Assembly: GCA_963750165.1 (NCBI GenBank) | Contig: CAVVPN010000003.1 | Coordinates: forward strand, 1,312,001 to 1,376,000 | DNA: 64,000 nucleotides | Direction of reading: 5' to 3' | Source of the DNA: an uncultured Gemmataceae bacterium | Lineage (GTDB): Bacteria; Planctomycetota; Planctomycetia; Gemmatales; Gemmataceae | Part shown: in pieces, positions 1 through 10,698 of the stretch | How the letters are laid out: the number at the start of each line of letters is the position of its first letter | Position numbering within the stretch: the stretch's first letter is position 1 | Program-made: the position numbers and the translations under genes | Notes under the pieces: model-generated | What the model was told of the DNA's origin: nothing | Databases searched by the model: none | The model's input: the letters and a program-made list of their open reading frames with translations, nothing else

Positions 1-369
1 GGGCCGATGATGCCGGTCGCATGGACGCGGTTGTACAGGAACGAGGCGGGCCGGACCAACAAGATTTTGTGTACGACAATGGGCGCGGCGACGGACCTGG
101 AGAACGAGGGGCTGCGCCGCCTGATCGTCAACGGGGTGTACTGGGCGGTGGGTCTGGAGGTGCCGGCGATGGCGAACGTGGATTACGTCGGCGCTTTCAA
201 GGCGACGATGTACGGCTTTAACGGCTTCAAGAAGGGCGTGCGGCCGTCGGACCTGGCGCTGAAGCCGGGGGCGAGTCCGGGACCGACGCCGCTGGAAACC
301 GCGGCGGCCGGCTGGCGGGTGTGGGAAAATCGGCCGGCGGCGGTGGCGGCGGCGGCGCGGCCCGAATAG
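1..369 (+). CDS. 3' part of a ThuA-like (class I glutamine amidotransferase-like) domain protein, truncated by the window start
   Basis: MPVAWTR...TTMGAATDLENEGLRRLIVNGVYWAVG is typical of the C-terminal part of planctomycete ThuA-like domains. Confidence 0.6.
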   Translation, partial: GPMMPVAWTRLYRNEAGRTNKILCTTMGAATDLENEGLRRLIVNGVYWAVGLEVPAMANVDYVGAFKATMYGFNGFKKGVRPSDLALKPGASPGPTPLETAAAGWRVWENRPAAVAAAARPE

Positions 370-416
370 ATTCCCCAGCGGAGGAGTTGCACAATCACTT
401 TTCGGAGGGTACTGCG

Positions 417-1076
417 ATGACGTGGCAACGTCGTGGCTGGGCGCTGCTGGCTGTGTCGGCCTGCGCCGTGCTGCTGTTCGTGGGCGGCGGCCAGGCCCAG
501 GACAAGGACGGCTGGGCCTATCCGCTCAAGGGGGGCGACCTGACGAAGCACTGGAAGACCACCGGCAACTGGAAACTGGACAAGGACGGCGTGGTGGCGC
601 TGGAGCCGCGCAAGGGCGAGAGCGGTTGGACCCGCTACGACGCCTACCTGTGGCTCAAGGGCAAGTACCAGGACTTCGAGGCGGACTTCGAGTACAAGGT
701 GGCCAAGGGCGGCAACAGCGGTTTCTACTTCCACGTCGGCGATCTGAAGGAGCCGGTCAAGACGGGCATTGAGGTGCAGATTTACGACTCCGGCAGCAAG
801 AAGCCGGGCGCGAAGCTGTCGGACCATGACTCCGGCGGCATCATCCCCGGCGTCCCGCCGAAGAAGAACACCGCAAAACCGGCTGGCGAGTGGAACCACA
901 TGCGGGTGCGTGTGAAGGGCAACCAGGTGACGGTGTCGCTCAACGGCGAGGTCGTCAACGAGGTGGCGCTGAACAAAGGCGCTTTCAAGGACCGGCCGCC
1001 GACCGGCTACATCGGCTTCCAGGACCACGGCCTGCCGCTGTGGCTGCGCAATATCAAGATTCGCATGGTGAAGTAG
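417..1076 (+). CDS. Secreted DUF1080 (3-keto-disaccharide hydrolase family) protein
   Basis: Signal peptide; GNSGFYF, EVQIYD, GEWNHMRV and GYIGFQDHG motifs; GGAGG upstream of ATG 417. Confidence 0.9.
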   Translation: MTWQRRGWALLAVSACAVLLFVGGGQAQDKDGWAYPLKGGDLTKHWKTTGNWKLDKDGVVALEPRKGESGWTRYDAYLWLKGKYQDFEADFEYKVAKGGNSGFYFHVGDLKEPVKTGIEVQIYDSGSKKPGAKLSDHDSGGIIPGVPPKKNTAKPAGEWNHMRVRVKGNQVTVSLNGEVVNEVALNKGAFKDRPPTGYIGFQDHGLPLWLRNIKIRMVK

Positions 1077-1086
1077 AAGCTTCTCT

Positions 1087-1217
1087 GCTGCCGCTGGCGG
1101 CTTATTCGTGGGGCAGGCATTCCAGCCGGCCATTCGCCACGGCCGGCTGGAATGCCTGCCCCACGTGAAGAGGCAGACAGGAATGTCTGCCCCACGAAAG
1201 AACCGCCAGCGGCAGCA
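1087..1217. repeat. Composite REP-like palindrome: GTGGGGCAG-type hairpin nested inside CTGCCGCTGGCGG-type arms
   Basis: Perfect 25-bp inverted repeat 1107-1131/1141-1165, a third half-copy at 1172-1196, and outer arms gctgccgctggcgg / ccgccagcggcagc. Confidence 0.85.
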
Positions 1218-1239
1218 TCGTTTTTCCCGAGGGAGCGGC

Positions 1240-2235
1240 ATGGCCGGGCGGGCGAAGGTGGTGGTGGCGGACTTCATTGTCGAATCGCTCGACCATGAGC
1301 GGCGCGTGCTCGGCGACCTGGCCGAGCCGGTGGCGCTCAACGCCATCCAGGAGGACGACCTGTTCGGCCAGGTCGAGGACGCCGACGCGCTGATGCTCTA
1401 CCATACACTGCGCCTGACGGAGCGCACCATCAGCCGGCTGCGGCAGTGCCGGTTGATCGTCCGCTGCGGCGTCGGTTACGACAACGTGGACGGCGCCGCG
1501 GCCCGGCGGCACGGCATCCCGGTCGCCAACGTGCCGGACTATGGCACCGAGGAGGTCGCCGATTCCGCGATCGGTCTGATGCTGGCGCTGACGCGCGGCA
1601 TCCATTTGCTGACGGGCCGGCTGCGCGAGCAGCGCGGGCCGTGGAGCTGGGCGCAGGTGCGGCCGCGGCACCGGCTGCGCGGCCGCGGCTTCGGCGTCGT
1701 CGGCCTGGGCCGCATCGGCACCGCGGCGGCGCTGCGGGCGAAGGCCCTGGGCATGGACGTGCTGTTCTTCGACCCCTACACGCCCGACGGCCGCGACCGC
1801 GCCCTCGGCGTCCGCCGGGCGGAGTCACTCGCGGAACTGCTGGCCCAGTCGTACGTCGTCAGCCTGCACTGCCCGCTGTCCGACGAGACGCGGCACCTCA
1901 TCAACCGCGCGACGCTGGCGCAGTTGCCGGCGGGCGCGTACCTGGTGAACACGGCCCGCGGCGGCGTCGCCGACGTGCTGGCGGTGCTCGACGCCGTGAC
2001 GCGCGGCCACCTCGCCGGTGCCGCGCTGGACGTGCTCGAAGAGGAACCGCCGCCGGACGATCACCCGCTGGTCGTCGCCTGGCGCGACCCCAACCACCCC
2101 GCTCACGATCGCATCATTCTCAACCCACACACCGCCTTCTACTCCGAGGAAGGGCTGCTGGACATGCGCATCAAGGGCAGTGAGAATTGCCGTCGAGTGC
2201 TGCTCGGCCAGCCGCCGCGCAACGTCGTCAACTGA
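1240..2235 (+). CDS. D-2-hydroxyacid dehydrogenase (CtBP-like)
   Basis: GVGYDNVD, GLGRIG, VNTARG, DVLEEEP and PHTAFYS motifs. Confidence 0.9.
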   Translation: MAGRAKVVVADFIVESLDHERRVLGDLAEPVALNAIQEDDLFGQVEDADALMLYHTLRLTERTISRLRQCRLIVRCGVGYDNVDGAAARRHGIPVANVPDYGTEEVADSAIGLMLALTRGIHLLTGRLREQRGPWSWAQVRPRHRLRGRGFGVVGLGRIGTAAALRAKALGMDVLFFDPYTPDGRDRALGVRRAESLAELLAQSYVVSLHCPLSDETRHLINRATLAQLPAGAYLVNTARGGVADVLAVLDAVTRGHLAGAALDVLEEEPPPDDHPLVVAWRDPNHPAHDRIILNPHTAFYSEEGLLDMRIKGSENCRRVLLGQPPRNVVN

Positions 2236-2392
2236 CGCGCCGCCTTGCTATTCCGCGGACGCGATCTATATTTGCACGTCTCCTTCTCCGTCATTACCCC
2301 TCTGCGCCGGGCGCCGAAACCCCCGGGAACCACCACCATTCACGCACGGCCAGCCTCCGGGACGGAGTGCGCGCCGCGAAAGGAATGTCGAT

Positions 2393-4744
2393 ATGTTGAA
2401 GCGTTCACGCCGCCGGTTCGCGCTGGTGCTTGAGGAACTGGAGGATCGCTGCGTGCCGGCGCTGCTCGGCCAGCAGCTGTTCCCGGCGGACAATCCGTGG
2501 AACCAGCAGATCACCAACGCCCCAGTGGCCGCCAACTCCGCGGCCATCATGAACAGCATCATCAGCACCTACGGCAACGGCCATCTGCACCCGGATTTCG
2601 GCCAGGACTACCAGAACAACTCGCCGCTGTACGGCATCCCCGTCAACGTCGTCCACGGCAACAGCGTCACGCCGACCAGCGTCGTCATTGACGCCTACCC
2701 CGGCGAGAGCGACATCGTGCCGGTGCCGCTGCCGGCCAACCCCGTTCTGGAGGGCGACTTCCAGAACGGGCCGAACCACACCGTCGGCTACGGCACCAAC
2801 GGCCGCGGCGATTCGCACCTGATCGTGTTCGACGTGGACAACAACATCGCCTACGAGTTCTATTACGCCATCCGGCCCGGCGAAACCGGCGCGACCGACG
2901 GCCACTGGCACGCGGACCAGGAGACCGTCTGGAACATGAACACCGACGAGTTCCGCACGCTCGGCTGGACCTCGGCGGACGCCGCCGGCCTGTCGATCCT
3001 CGCCGGCCTGGCGCGGCCGGACGAGGGCGACACCCCCAACCAGGGCGGCCAGGGTGTCATCACGCACGCCATCCGCATGACGCTGCAAAACGCCGTCATC
3101 CTCGATCAGTTCATTTACCCGGCGTCGCACGTCGCCAACAGCAACACCAACGCCGCCATCGACCCGCCGATGGGCGCCCGCTTCCGCCTCAAGGCGAGTG
3201 TGGACATTTCCGGCCTCAACCCGGAGTCGAAGATCATCGCCCAGGCCATGAAGGACTACGGCCTGATCGTGGCGGACAACGGCAGCAACTTCTACATCTC
3301 CGGCGCCAGCTACTCCGTCAACGCCAGCAACCAGCTCACCTCGACCTGGGACGACAACGACATCCAGGACACCGTGCATGGGCTCAAGAGTCTGCCCTTC
3401 TCCGATTTCGAGGTGGTCGATCTGACGCCGGTGGTCACGGGCCTGAGCGCGAACAGCGGCCCGGCCGGCACGCAGGTGACGGTGATCGGCCAGAACTTCT
3501 CGGGCGCCGCGGGCCATTTGCAGGTGTTTTTCGGCAACACGCCGGCCACGTCGGTGACCGTGGCGGACGACAGCCATGTCCTCGTGACGGCGCCGGCCGG
3601 CACCGGCACCGTGGACGTGCGCGTGCAGTCCGGCGTCACCACGGGTCCCGACTCGCAAAACATTGAGAGCACGATTTTCGGCTATGGCACTTCCGCGCTC
3701 TCGGCCAATGATCGCTTCACCTATGGCGCCGCCGGCTCGACGGGCACGATCAGCGGCACCATGTTCCTGGACGTCAACGCCGATGGCCAGCGCGGCGCCG
3801 GCGAGGCGGGGCTGGCGGGCCGGACGGTGTTCCTCGATACCAACGGCAACGGCGTGCTCGACCCCGGCGAACTGACGGCGGTGACGAACGCGGCCGGGCA
3901 GTACCAGTTCCCAGGGCTGGTCGCGGGCACCTACCGGGTGGTGGAGCGGCTCGACCCCGGCATGACCGCGACCACGGCGAGCGCCGCCACGGTGACACTG
4001 ACGGCCGGCGCGAACGTGACGGGCCTGAACTTCGGCGATGTGGTGGCCAGTCCGGTGTCGCCAGTGATCGTCAGCGCCGACCGCTTCGCGCCGCACCCGA
4101 ACCCGGACGCGAACACAGCCTTTGTCAAGGGACTGTATCACAACCTGCTCGGCCGCGACGCGGACCCCAGCGGCCTGAGCGGCTGGGTGAACCAGCTCGA
4201 CCACGGCTGGATGTCGCACACGCAAGTGACGCTGGCCCTGTGGAACTCGGCGGAGCATCGCAGCCAGCAGGTGACCGCCTACTTCCTGACGTACCTGCGC
4301 CGCGCGCCCGGTGCCAGCGAACTGGCCAGCTGGGTGCAGTGGATGCAGGCGGGTCTTACGGAAGAGAATGCGGTCACGGCGATCCTGATCTCGCCGGAGT
4401 ACACCGCCACCCACTCCACCGCGGCCGCGTTCGTGAGCGACCTTTACTGGGATGTCCTCGGCCGCGCCGGCGACGCCACCAACCTGGCCGGCCTGCAAGC
4501 GGCCCTGAGTGCCGGGACCATCAGCCGCGCCGCCCTGGCCAGTGCCTTTGTCCGCTCGTCGGAAGCGCACCAGCGGGCGGTGGACGGTTACTTCGCCGCC
4601 TACCTGCACCGCGCCGCCGGCGCCGCCGAGGAGCAGAGCTGGGGCGCGGCGCTCGACAAAGGCCAGTACAGTCTGGCGTCGGCCGCCACGATGATCCTGG
4701 CCAGCGGCGAGTATTTCGCCGACGCCCAGGCCGACGGACGCTGA
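2393..4744 (+). CDS. Extracellular multidomain protein: planctomycete N-terminal motif, unknown domain, IPT/TIG, SdrD-B-like and DUF4214-like repeats
   Basis: LEELEDRCVP; PVVTGLSANSGPAGTQVTVIG (IPT); GTISGTMFLDVNADG (SdrD-B); FVKGLYHNLLGRDADPSGLSGW (DUF4214). Confidence 0.8.
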   Translation: MLKRSRRRFALVLEELEDRCVPALLGQQLFPADNPWNQQITNAPVAANSAAIMNSIISTYGNGHLHPDFGQDYQNNSPLYGIPVNVVHGNSVTPTSVVIDAYPGESDIVPVPLPANPVLEGDFQNGPNHTVGYGTNGRGDSHLIVFDVDNNIAYEFYYAIRPGETGATDGHWHADQETVWNMNTDEFRTLGWTSADAAGLSILAGLARPDEGDTPNQGGQGVITHAIRMTLQNAVILDQFIYPASHVANSNTNAAIDPPMGARFRLKASVDISGLNPESKIIAQAMKDYGLIVADNGSNFYISGASYSVNASNQLTSTWDDNDIQDTVHGLKSLPFSDFEVVDLTPVVTGLSANSGPAGTQVTVIGQNFSGAAGHLQVFFGNTPATSVTVADDSHVLVTAPAGTGTVDVRVQSGVTTGPDSQNIESTIFGYGTSALSANDRFTYGAAGSTGTISGTMFLDVNADGQRGAGEAGLAGRTVFLDTNGNGVLDPGELTAVTNAAGQYQFPGLVAGTYRVVERLDPGMTATTASAATVTLTAGANVTGLNFGDVVASPVSPVIVSADRFAPHPNPDANTAFVKGLYHNLLGRDADPSGLSGWVNQLDHGWMSHTQVTLALWNSAEHRSQQVTAYFLTYLRRAPGASELASWVQWMQAGLTEENAVTAILISPEYTATHSTAAAFVSDLYWDVLGRAGDATNLAGLQAALSAGTISRAALASAFVRSSEAHQRAVDGYFAAYLHRAAGAAEEQSWGAALDKGQYSLASAATMILASGEYFADAQADGR

Positions 4745-4851
4745 AACCCTCTTTTCTGCCGCTTGCGGCGGAACGCAAGCGTGGACGCAGCGTCACCAGT
4801 CCACTACCCTCTCAGCAAAGACAGTGGACCACGTTCCAGAGATTCCACGCC

Positions 4852-5751
4852 ATGAGCCACATCAACCAGCAACCGCGCATCAGCGTCTTTCCCAAGTGCT
4901 TCTTCGACGATCTCTACCACCGCCGCATGGACTACCTCGACTGGTTGCGGCAGGCGGCGACGCTCGGCGCCGAGGGCGTCGAACACTACGACGGCTTCTT
5001 TCAGAGCCTGGACGACGCCGGCATCGAGCCGGTTCGCCGCACCCTGGCGGAGACGGACCAAATCTCCTCCATGCTCTGCTTCTCGCCTGATTTCACGCAC
5101 CCCGACGCGGCGGAGCGGCGCCGCCAGGTCGAGCGCCAGTGCGCCGCCATCGACCTGTGCGTCGCCCTCGGCATCCGCCACTGTCGCACGCTCAGCGGCC
5201 AGCGCTTCCCCGGCATGACACGGCAGGAGGGTGTTGAGCGCACGGTGGACGGCATCCGTCGGTCGCTGGAACACGCGGAGCGGCGCGGCGTCGTGCTGTG
5301 CCTGGAGAACCACTACAAGGACGGCACCTGGCAGTATCCTGAATTCGCGCAGCCGGAGGATATTTTCCTGGAAATCCTGGGCCGCGTCGATTCGCCACAC
5401 CTCGGCGTGCAGTACGACCCGTCCAACGCCACCGTCGGCGGCTATGACCCGCTGGCGTTCCTGGAGAAGGTCAAGACGCGCGTGGTGACCATGCACGCCT
5501 CGGATCGCTACCTGGCTCCCGGGGCAACGCTCGATGAGCTGCGCCAGGCGGACGGCAGCATCGGCTACTCGGACAAGCTGCGGCACGGCGAGACGGGCAA
5601 GGGGCTCAACGATTACGACACGATCTTCCGCACGCTGGCCGGCGTGGGCTTCACGGGCTGGATTTCGGTCGAGGACGGCGTGAATGGCCTGGACGAACTG
5701 CGGCGCTCCGTTGAGTTCCTGAAACGCAAGCGGCAGCAGTATTACTCGTAG
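4852..5751 (+). CDS. Sugar phosphate isomerase/epimerase (xylose isomerase-like TIM barrel)
   Basis: LCLENH, QYDPSN, MHASD and WISVE metal-ligand motifs. Confidence 0.85.
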   Translation: MSHINQQPRISVFPKCFFDDLYHRRMDYLDWLRQAATLGAEGVEHYDGFFQSLDDAGIEPVRRTLAETDQISSMLCFSPDFTHPDAAERRRQVERQCAAIDLCVALGIRHCRTLSGQRFPGMTRQEGVERTVDGIRRSLEHAERRGVVLCLENHYKDGTWQYPEFAQPEDIFLEILGRVDSPHLGVQYDPSNATVGGYDPLAFLEKVKTRVVTMHASDRYLAPGATLDELRQADGSIGYSDKLRHGETGKGLNDYDTIFRTLAGVGFTGWISVEDGVNGLDELRRSVEFLKRKRQQYYS

Positions 5752-5770
5752 TACGGTCGGGCCGTCCGCA

Positions 5771-7186
5771 CTACACTTCGACACTCTCGCCGCGATCGGG
5801 TATCGCCACGTCGCCGAAGCCCGCCGCCCGCAGCCCCTCCGCCAGCGCCGCCGCCCGCTCCGGGTCGCCATGCACCAGCCGCACCTGTTTCGCCGTACCC
5901 ACCAGCGGGCTCAGGCTGCGCAGCAAATCGCCATGGTCCGCGTGACTGGACAGGCCGTTGAGCACCACCACCTCCGCCTTCACCCCGAAGGTCCGCCCCA
6001 AAATGCGCACCTCCGGCCGTCGCTCCACCAGCCGCCGGCCCAGCGTATGCTCCGCCTGGTAACCGGCGATCAAAATCGTACTGCGCGGATCCTCAATGTT
6101 GTGCTTGAGGTGATGCACCACGCGGCCCGCCTCGCACATGCCGCTGGCCGAGATGATGACGCACGGCTCCGGCTTGTCGTTCAGGGCGATGCTTTCATGC
6201 ACCTTGTCGATGTAACGGATGTGCTCCTCGCCGAAGAGGTCGGGGTGCCCCTCCAGCAACCGCAGCGTTTCGGGGTTGAAGCACTCGGGGTGCGCGCGGA
6301 ACACTTCCGTGGCCCGCAGCGCCATCGGGCTGTCCACATACACCGGCAGGTTCGGCAACCGGCCGGCGCTGATGAGTTGATGCAGGAAATACACGATCGT
6401 CTGCGTGCGGCCGACGCTGAACGCCGGGATGATGACCTTGCCGCCGCGCGCCGCCGTGTGTCGCACCACCTCGCCCAGTCGCTCCGCCGTCTCCTGCACC
6501 GGCTCGTGCGTGTGGCCGCCGTAGGTGCTCTCGCTGATGAGCAGGTCGCCCGGCGGCAGCGGCGACGGGTCGCGCAGGATCGGCACCCCCGGCCGGCCCA
6601 GGTCGCCCGTGAACGTCAGCCGTCGCTCGCCCCTTTGTCCGTCCAGGCGCAGGTTGACCAGCGCCGAGCCGAGCAAATGGCCGGCGTCCACGAAGGTCAG
6701 CTCGATGCCGCGGCCGACCTCCGCGGGCCGGTCGTAGCGCACCGCCTGCAACCGCAGCAGCGTGCGATACACGTCGCGGCCATCGTACAGCGCCTCGACG
6801 CGCGGCTCGCCCCGCTCTCGGTGGCGGTTGAGGTACGCCGCGTCTTCCTCCTGGATCTTGGCGGCGTCGCCGAGCATGACTGCGGCCAGGGCGCGCGTGG
6901 CCGGCGTGCAGTAAATGGGGCCGTTGAAGCCCTGCCGGACCAGGTTGGGCAGGTTGCCGCAGTGGTCGATGTGGGCGTGGCTGAGCACCACGGCGTCGAT
7001 GTCCCGCGGACGGAAGGGAAATTCCTGGTTGCGGCGCAGGCTCTCGGCGCGACTGCCCTGGTACAGGCCGCAGTCCAGCAGCAGTGTCTGACCGCGGGCG
7101 TCCAGCTGGTGCATCGAGCCGGTGACGGTGCGCATGGCGCCCCAGAAGGTGACGGTCGGCACGGCAGGTTGGCGTTTGCGGGCCAT
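5771..7186 (-). CDS. MBL-fold beta-CASP ribonuclease
   Basis: SHAHIDHCG, AGHLLGS, ESTYG, SASGMCEAGR and SHADH motifs. Confidence 0.92.
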   Translation of the reverse strand: MARKRQPAVPTVTFWGAMRTVTGSMHQLDARGQTLLLDCGLYQGSRAESLRRNQEFPFRPRDIDAVVLSHAHIDHCGNLPNLVRQGFNGPIYCTPATRALAAVMLGDAAKIQEEDAAYLNRHRERGEPRVEALYDGRDVYRTLLRLQAVRYDRPAEVGRGIELTFVDAGHLLGSALVNLRLDGQRGERRLTFTGDLGRPGVPILRDPSPLPPGDLLISESTYGGHTHEPVQETAERLGEVVRHTAARGGKVIIPAFSVGRTQTIVYFLHQLISAGRLPNLPVYVDSPMALRATEVFRAHPECFNPETLRLLEGHPDLFGEEHIRYIDKVHESIALNDKPEPCVIISASGMCEAGRVVHHLKHNIEDPRSTILIAGYQAEHTLGRRLVERRPEVRILGRTFGVKAEVVVLNGLSSHADHGDLLRSLSPLVGTAKQVRLVHGDPERAAALAEGLRAAGFGDVAIPDRGESVEV

Positions 7187-7417
7187 GAACCGGGTTCCCT
7201 TGCGAAGCAGGGAGCCGTGCGGGCCGGGTCATCCTGTACGCCGCCTCCCTGGTGGTCATTGTATCCAACCGCGGCCCGCCCTGGATCGCCGCTTGTGGCC
7301 AAGCGCGCTGTCAGAGCAACGCCGCGCTGCGGCGGCGGCTGTCGGCTGCTAGGATATTCCACGGGGAGGGCGCCCGTTGCCGCCTTCCCGCCGGATCGCA
7401 CCGCCCGGAGGGCGTCG

Positions 7418-9581
7418 ATGAACACACTGCGCCTGTGCCTGACCTGGCTGCGTCGTACCTTCTCGCTCTCGACCAGCGCCCAGTCCTGGGGCGAGCGGCT
7501 GGCCCTGGCCGGCGTCCTGGCGGCGGCGCTGGCGCTGGCGCTGTTCGGCGGCGGCCTGCCGGGCACGGCGCTGTTCGCGCTGTGGTGGGCCTGGCTGCTG
7601 GCGGCGGCGCTACTGTTGCGCGGCAGCTGGCTCAAGCTGTTCGGGCCGGTGCTCTGGTATGACCTGATCCGCGCCGCCCGCCGCAGTCGCTTCCTCTGGC
7701 TGCGCTGTGCCTACGCCTGTCTGCTGCTGTTCTTGCTGTACACGACCTTCGCCAACCGGCCGCACTACGGCAGCGAGATGGACGTGCGGCACGCCGGCGC
7801 CCAGATGGCCGCCAATTATTTCGAGCTGTTCATGGTGGTGCAGTTCGTGGCGGTGCTGCTGCTGACGCCGGCCTATGTCGCCGGGGCCGTTGCGGAGGAA
7901 AAAGACCGCAAAACCATGGATTACCTCCTCGCCACGGACCTGCGCAACCACGAGATCGTCCTGGGCAAGCTGGCGTCGCGGCTGGCCAATCTGACGCTGG
8001 TGCTGCTGACGGGGCTGCCGATCCTGAGCCTGTTGCAGTTTCTGGGCGGCATTGACCCGGACCTGGTGCTGGCCGGCTTCGCGGCCACGGCCGTGACCAT
8101 GCTCAGCCTGGGGAGCCTGAGCATGCTGGTGTCGGTCGTGTGCAAGAAGCCGCGCAACGCCATCGGCATGACGTACCTGGCGCTGCTGGCGTATTTCCTC
8201 ATCTCGGTGCTGGCGATCGTACTGCAATTCGTGCGGCCGGACCTCATGGCGCTGGGCGTGGGCGACATCACCGTGAAGCAGCTGGTGGACGCCATCAACA
8301 GCGGCAATATCTTCTTCGTCCTGGCGGCGGTGAAGTTCGCCGGCGGTCGCGGGACGCTGGCCCAGGACCTGCCGGGGCTACTGCGCGGCTACGTCCTGTT
8401 CCACGGCGTGGCCGCGGCGGCAGCGTGCGTGACGGCGGTGCTGCGGGTGCGGACGGTGGCGCTGCGGCAGGCGTCGGCGCCGGCGAAGCAGTCCCGGTTC
8501 GTGGGCGAGCGGGCGCGGGTGGCCGGCGATCCGATGATGTGGAAGGAAACGGTCATCGAGGGCGGCCTGCGCCTGAGCTGGGCCGGCTGGCTGTTGATGC
8601 TGGTGCTGGTCGCGCTGACGTTCTGGCCGGCAGTGGAAATCCTGCGCCACCACCTGGCGCGGGGGGACGCTGGCCTACGGCGGCGGCGACTACCTGGCCC
8701 GGGAGATGAACGTCTGGGTGCGCCTGGCCGGCACGGTGGTGTGCTGCGTGACGCTGGTGGCGGTGGCGGTACGGGCGGCGGGCGCCATCAGCGGCGAGCG
8801 CGAACGGCAGACATTCGACGGCCTGCTGGCCAGCCCGCTGAGCGCCGGCGAAATTCTGTTCGCCAAGTGGCTGGGCAGCATTCTGAGCGTGCGCCTGGCC
8901 TGGGTGTGGCTGCTGGCCATCTGGGGCGCGGGCGTGGCGACGGGCGGCCTGCAACCGCTGGCGGTCCCATTCCTGGTCGGTCTCTGGTGCGTGTACGCCG
9001 CGTTTCTGGCCGTCATGGGCCTGTGGTATTCGCTGATCTGCCGCACGACGACGCGGGCGGTCATGGCCACGCTGGGCACGGCCCTGGCGGTCAGCTTCGG
9101 CCACTGGTTGCCGTGGATGCTCTGCATGTTCGGCCCGCGCGGCGGCCCCGGAGTGGAGGATATCATCTGGGTGCAGGTCGGGGCGACGCCGCCGGCGGCG
9201 CTGGGCGTGTTTGCCTTCACCGCCGCGGATTTCGACCACGGTGAGCACTTCGCCAAGGCGCTCTTTTTCTTGATGTTCGGCGTAGGCGCCTGGGGCATCG
9301 GCACGCTGATGTTCTGGGGCGCCCTCGACCGCCGCTTCTGCGCCGTCACCCACCGCAATGCGTTCCTGATGCCGGAGCAGCCCCACGTGCGGCTGCGGCC
9401 GCGGTCGGCGCCGCCCGGCGAGCCGGAGCCGACCCCCACCGTCACGCCGCTGCGCGGCGCGACGCTGATCGAGGACACGGCGGAACGAGTGCAATCACCG
9501 ACCCGGCTGCGCGGCGCCCGACTGGTCGAGGAAATCTGGGAGGAGCCGCCGCGGCCGCCCGCCCCGCCAGCGCACGGCTGA
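7418..9581 (+). CDS. ABC-2 type transporter permease with two permease modules; frameshift near the G run at 8661-8666
   Basis: AGAVAEEKDRKTMDYLLAT and AGAISGERERQTFDGLLAS motifs; the reading frame switches into ...LAYGGGDYLAREMNVW. Confidence 0.8.
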
Positions 9582-9719
9582 CAGGCTTGTTGTTGCGGGC
9601 GTCCTTTCTTTCTCCGTCCTCCCACCAGGGGGAGGGAGAAAGAGGGCGGTTTGCCGGCCGCCGTCCACGGCCCTACTATATCCGCCAAGCCTCCCCCAAC
9701 GCCAACCACGAGGAACATC

Positions 9720-10628
9720 ATGGCATTCAGCAAGGCAGAACCGGGCAAGACACGTATCGGCTGGATCGGCACCGGCGTCATGGGCCGCTGGATGTGCCAG
9801 CATCTGATCGGCAAGGGTTACAAGGCGACCGTCTCCAACCGCAGCAAGGACAAGGCGCAGCCGCTGCTGGACGCCGGCGCCGCCTGGGCCGACACGCCCA
9901 AAAAGGTCGCGGAGCAGTCCGACCTGGTGTTTGCCATCGTCGGCTTCCCCAGGGACGTGCGCGAGGTGTTCCTGGGCCACGACGGCGCCCTGGCCGGCGC
10001 GAAGGCGGGGACGGTGCTGGTGGACATGACCACCAGTGAACCGAGCCTGGCAAAAGAAATATACGAGGCAGCGAAGGCGAAGGGCGTGGCGGCCCTGGAC
10101 GCGCCCGTGTCCGGCGGCGATGTGGGCGCGAAGAACGCGACGTTGTCCATCATGATCGGCGGCGACAAGGACGTGGTCGCGGCGGTGCAGCCGGCGTTCG
10201 AGTGCATGGGCAAGACCATCGTCCACCAGGGCCCAGCGGGCGCCGGCCAGCATACCAAGATGGTCAATCAGATTCTGATCGCGGCCAACATGATCGCCGT
10301 CTGCGAGGGGCTGCTGTACGCCTATCAGTCAGGGCTGGACCCGGAGACGGTGCTCAAGTCGGTGTCGGTCGGGGCCGCCGGCAGCAAGGCGCTGGAGGTG
10401 CTGGGGCCGCGCATCCTCGCGCGGAACTTCGAGCCGGGGTTCTACGTCGAGCACTTCATCAAGGACATGGGGATTGCGTTGCGCGAGGCCGAGGCGATGC
10501 ACCTTTGCTTGCCGGGCCTGGCGCTGGCGAAGCAGCTCTACGAGGCGGTGCGCGCCCAGGGCTACGGCCGCAAGGGCACCCAGGCGCTGATGCTGGCGCT
10601 GGAGCACCTGTCCAACGTCAAGCGCTGA
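9720..10628 (+). CDS. NAD(P)-dependent beta-hydroxyacid dehydrogenase (3-hydroxyisobutyrate/tartronate semialdehyde reductase family)
   Basis: [25 protein letters not shown] and KDMGIAL motifs. Confidence 0.92.
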   Translation: MAFSKAEPGKTRIGWIGTGVMGRWMCQHLIGKGYKATVSNRSKDKAQPLLDAGAAWADTPKKVAEQSDLVFAIVGFPRDVREVFLGHDGALAGAKAGTVLVDMTTSEPSLAKEIYEAAKAKGVAALDAPVSGGDVGAKNATLSIMIGGDKDVVAAVQPAFECMGKTIVHQGPAGAGQHTKMVNQILIAANMIAVCEGLLYAYQSGLDPETVLKSVSVGAAGSKALEVLGPRILARNFEPGFYVEHFIKDMGIALREAEAMHLCLPGLALAKQLYEAVRAQGYGRKGTQALMLALEHLSNVKR

Positions 10629-10630
10629 GG

Positions 10631-10672
10631 TTCTGTCGCTGGCGGCTTCGCGTTCAGCCGCCAGCGGCAGAG
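10631..10672. repeat. TTCTGCCGCT(T/G)GCGGC-family palindrome between convergent genes; possible terminator
   Basis: tctgtcgctggcggct ... agccgccagcggcaga. Confidence 0.7.
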
Positions 10673-10698
10673 AAGATTCGTTACCGTTTCAGCCAACG

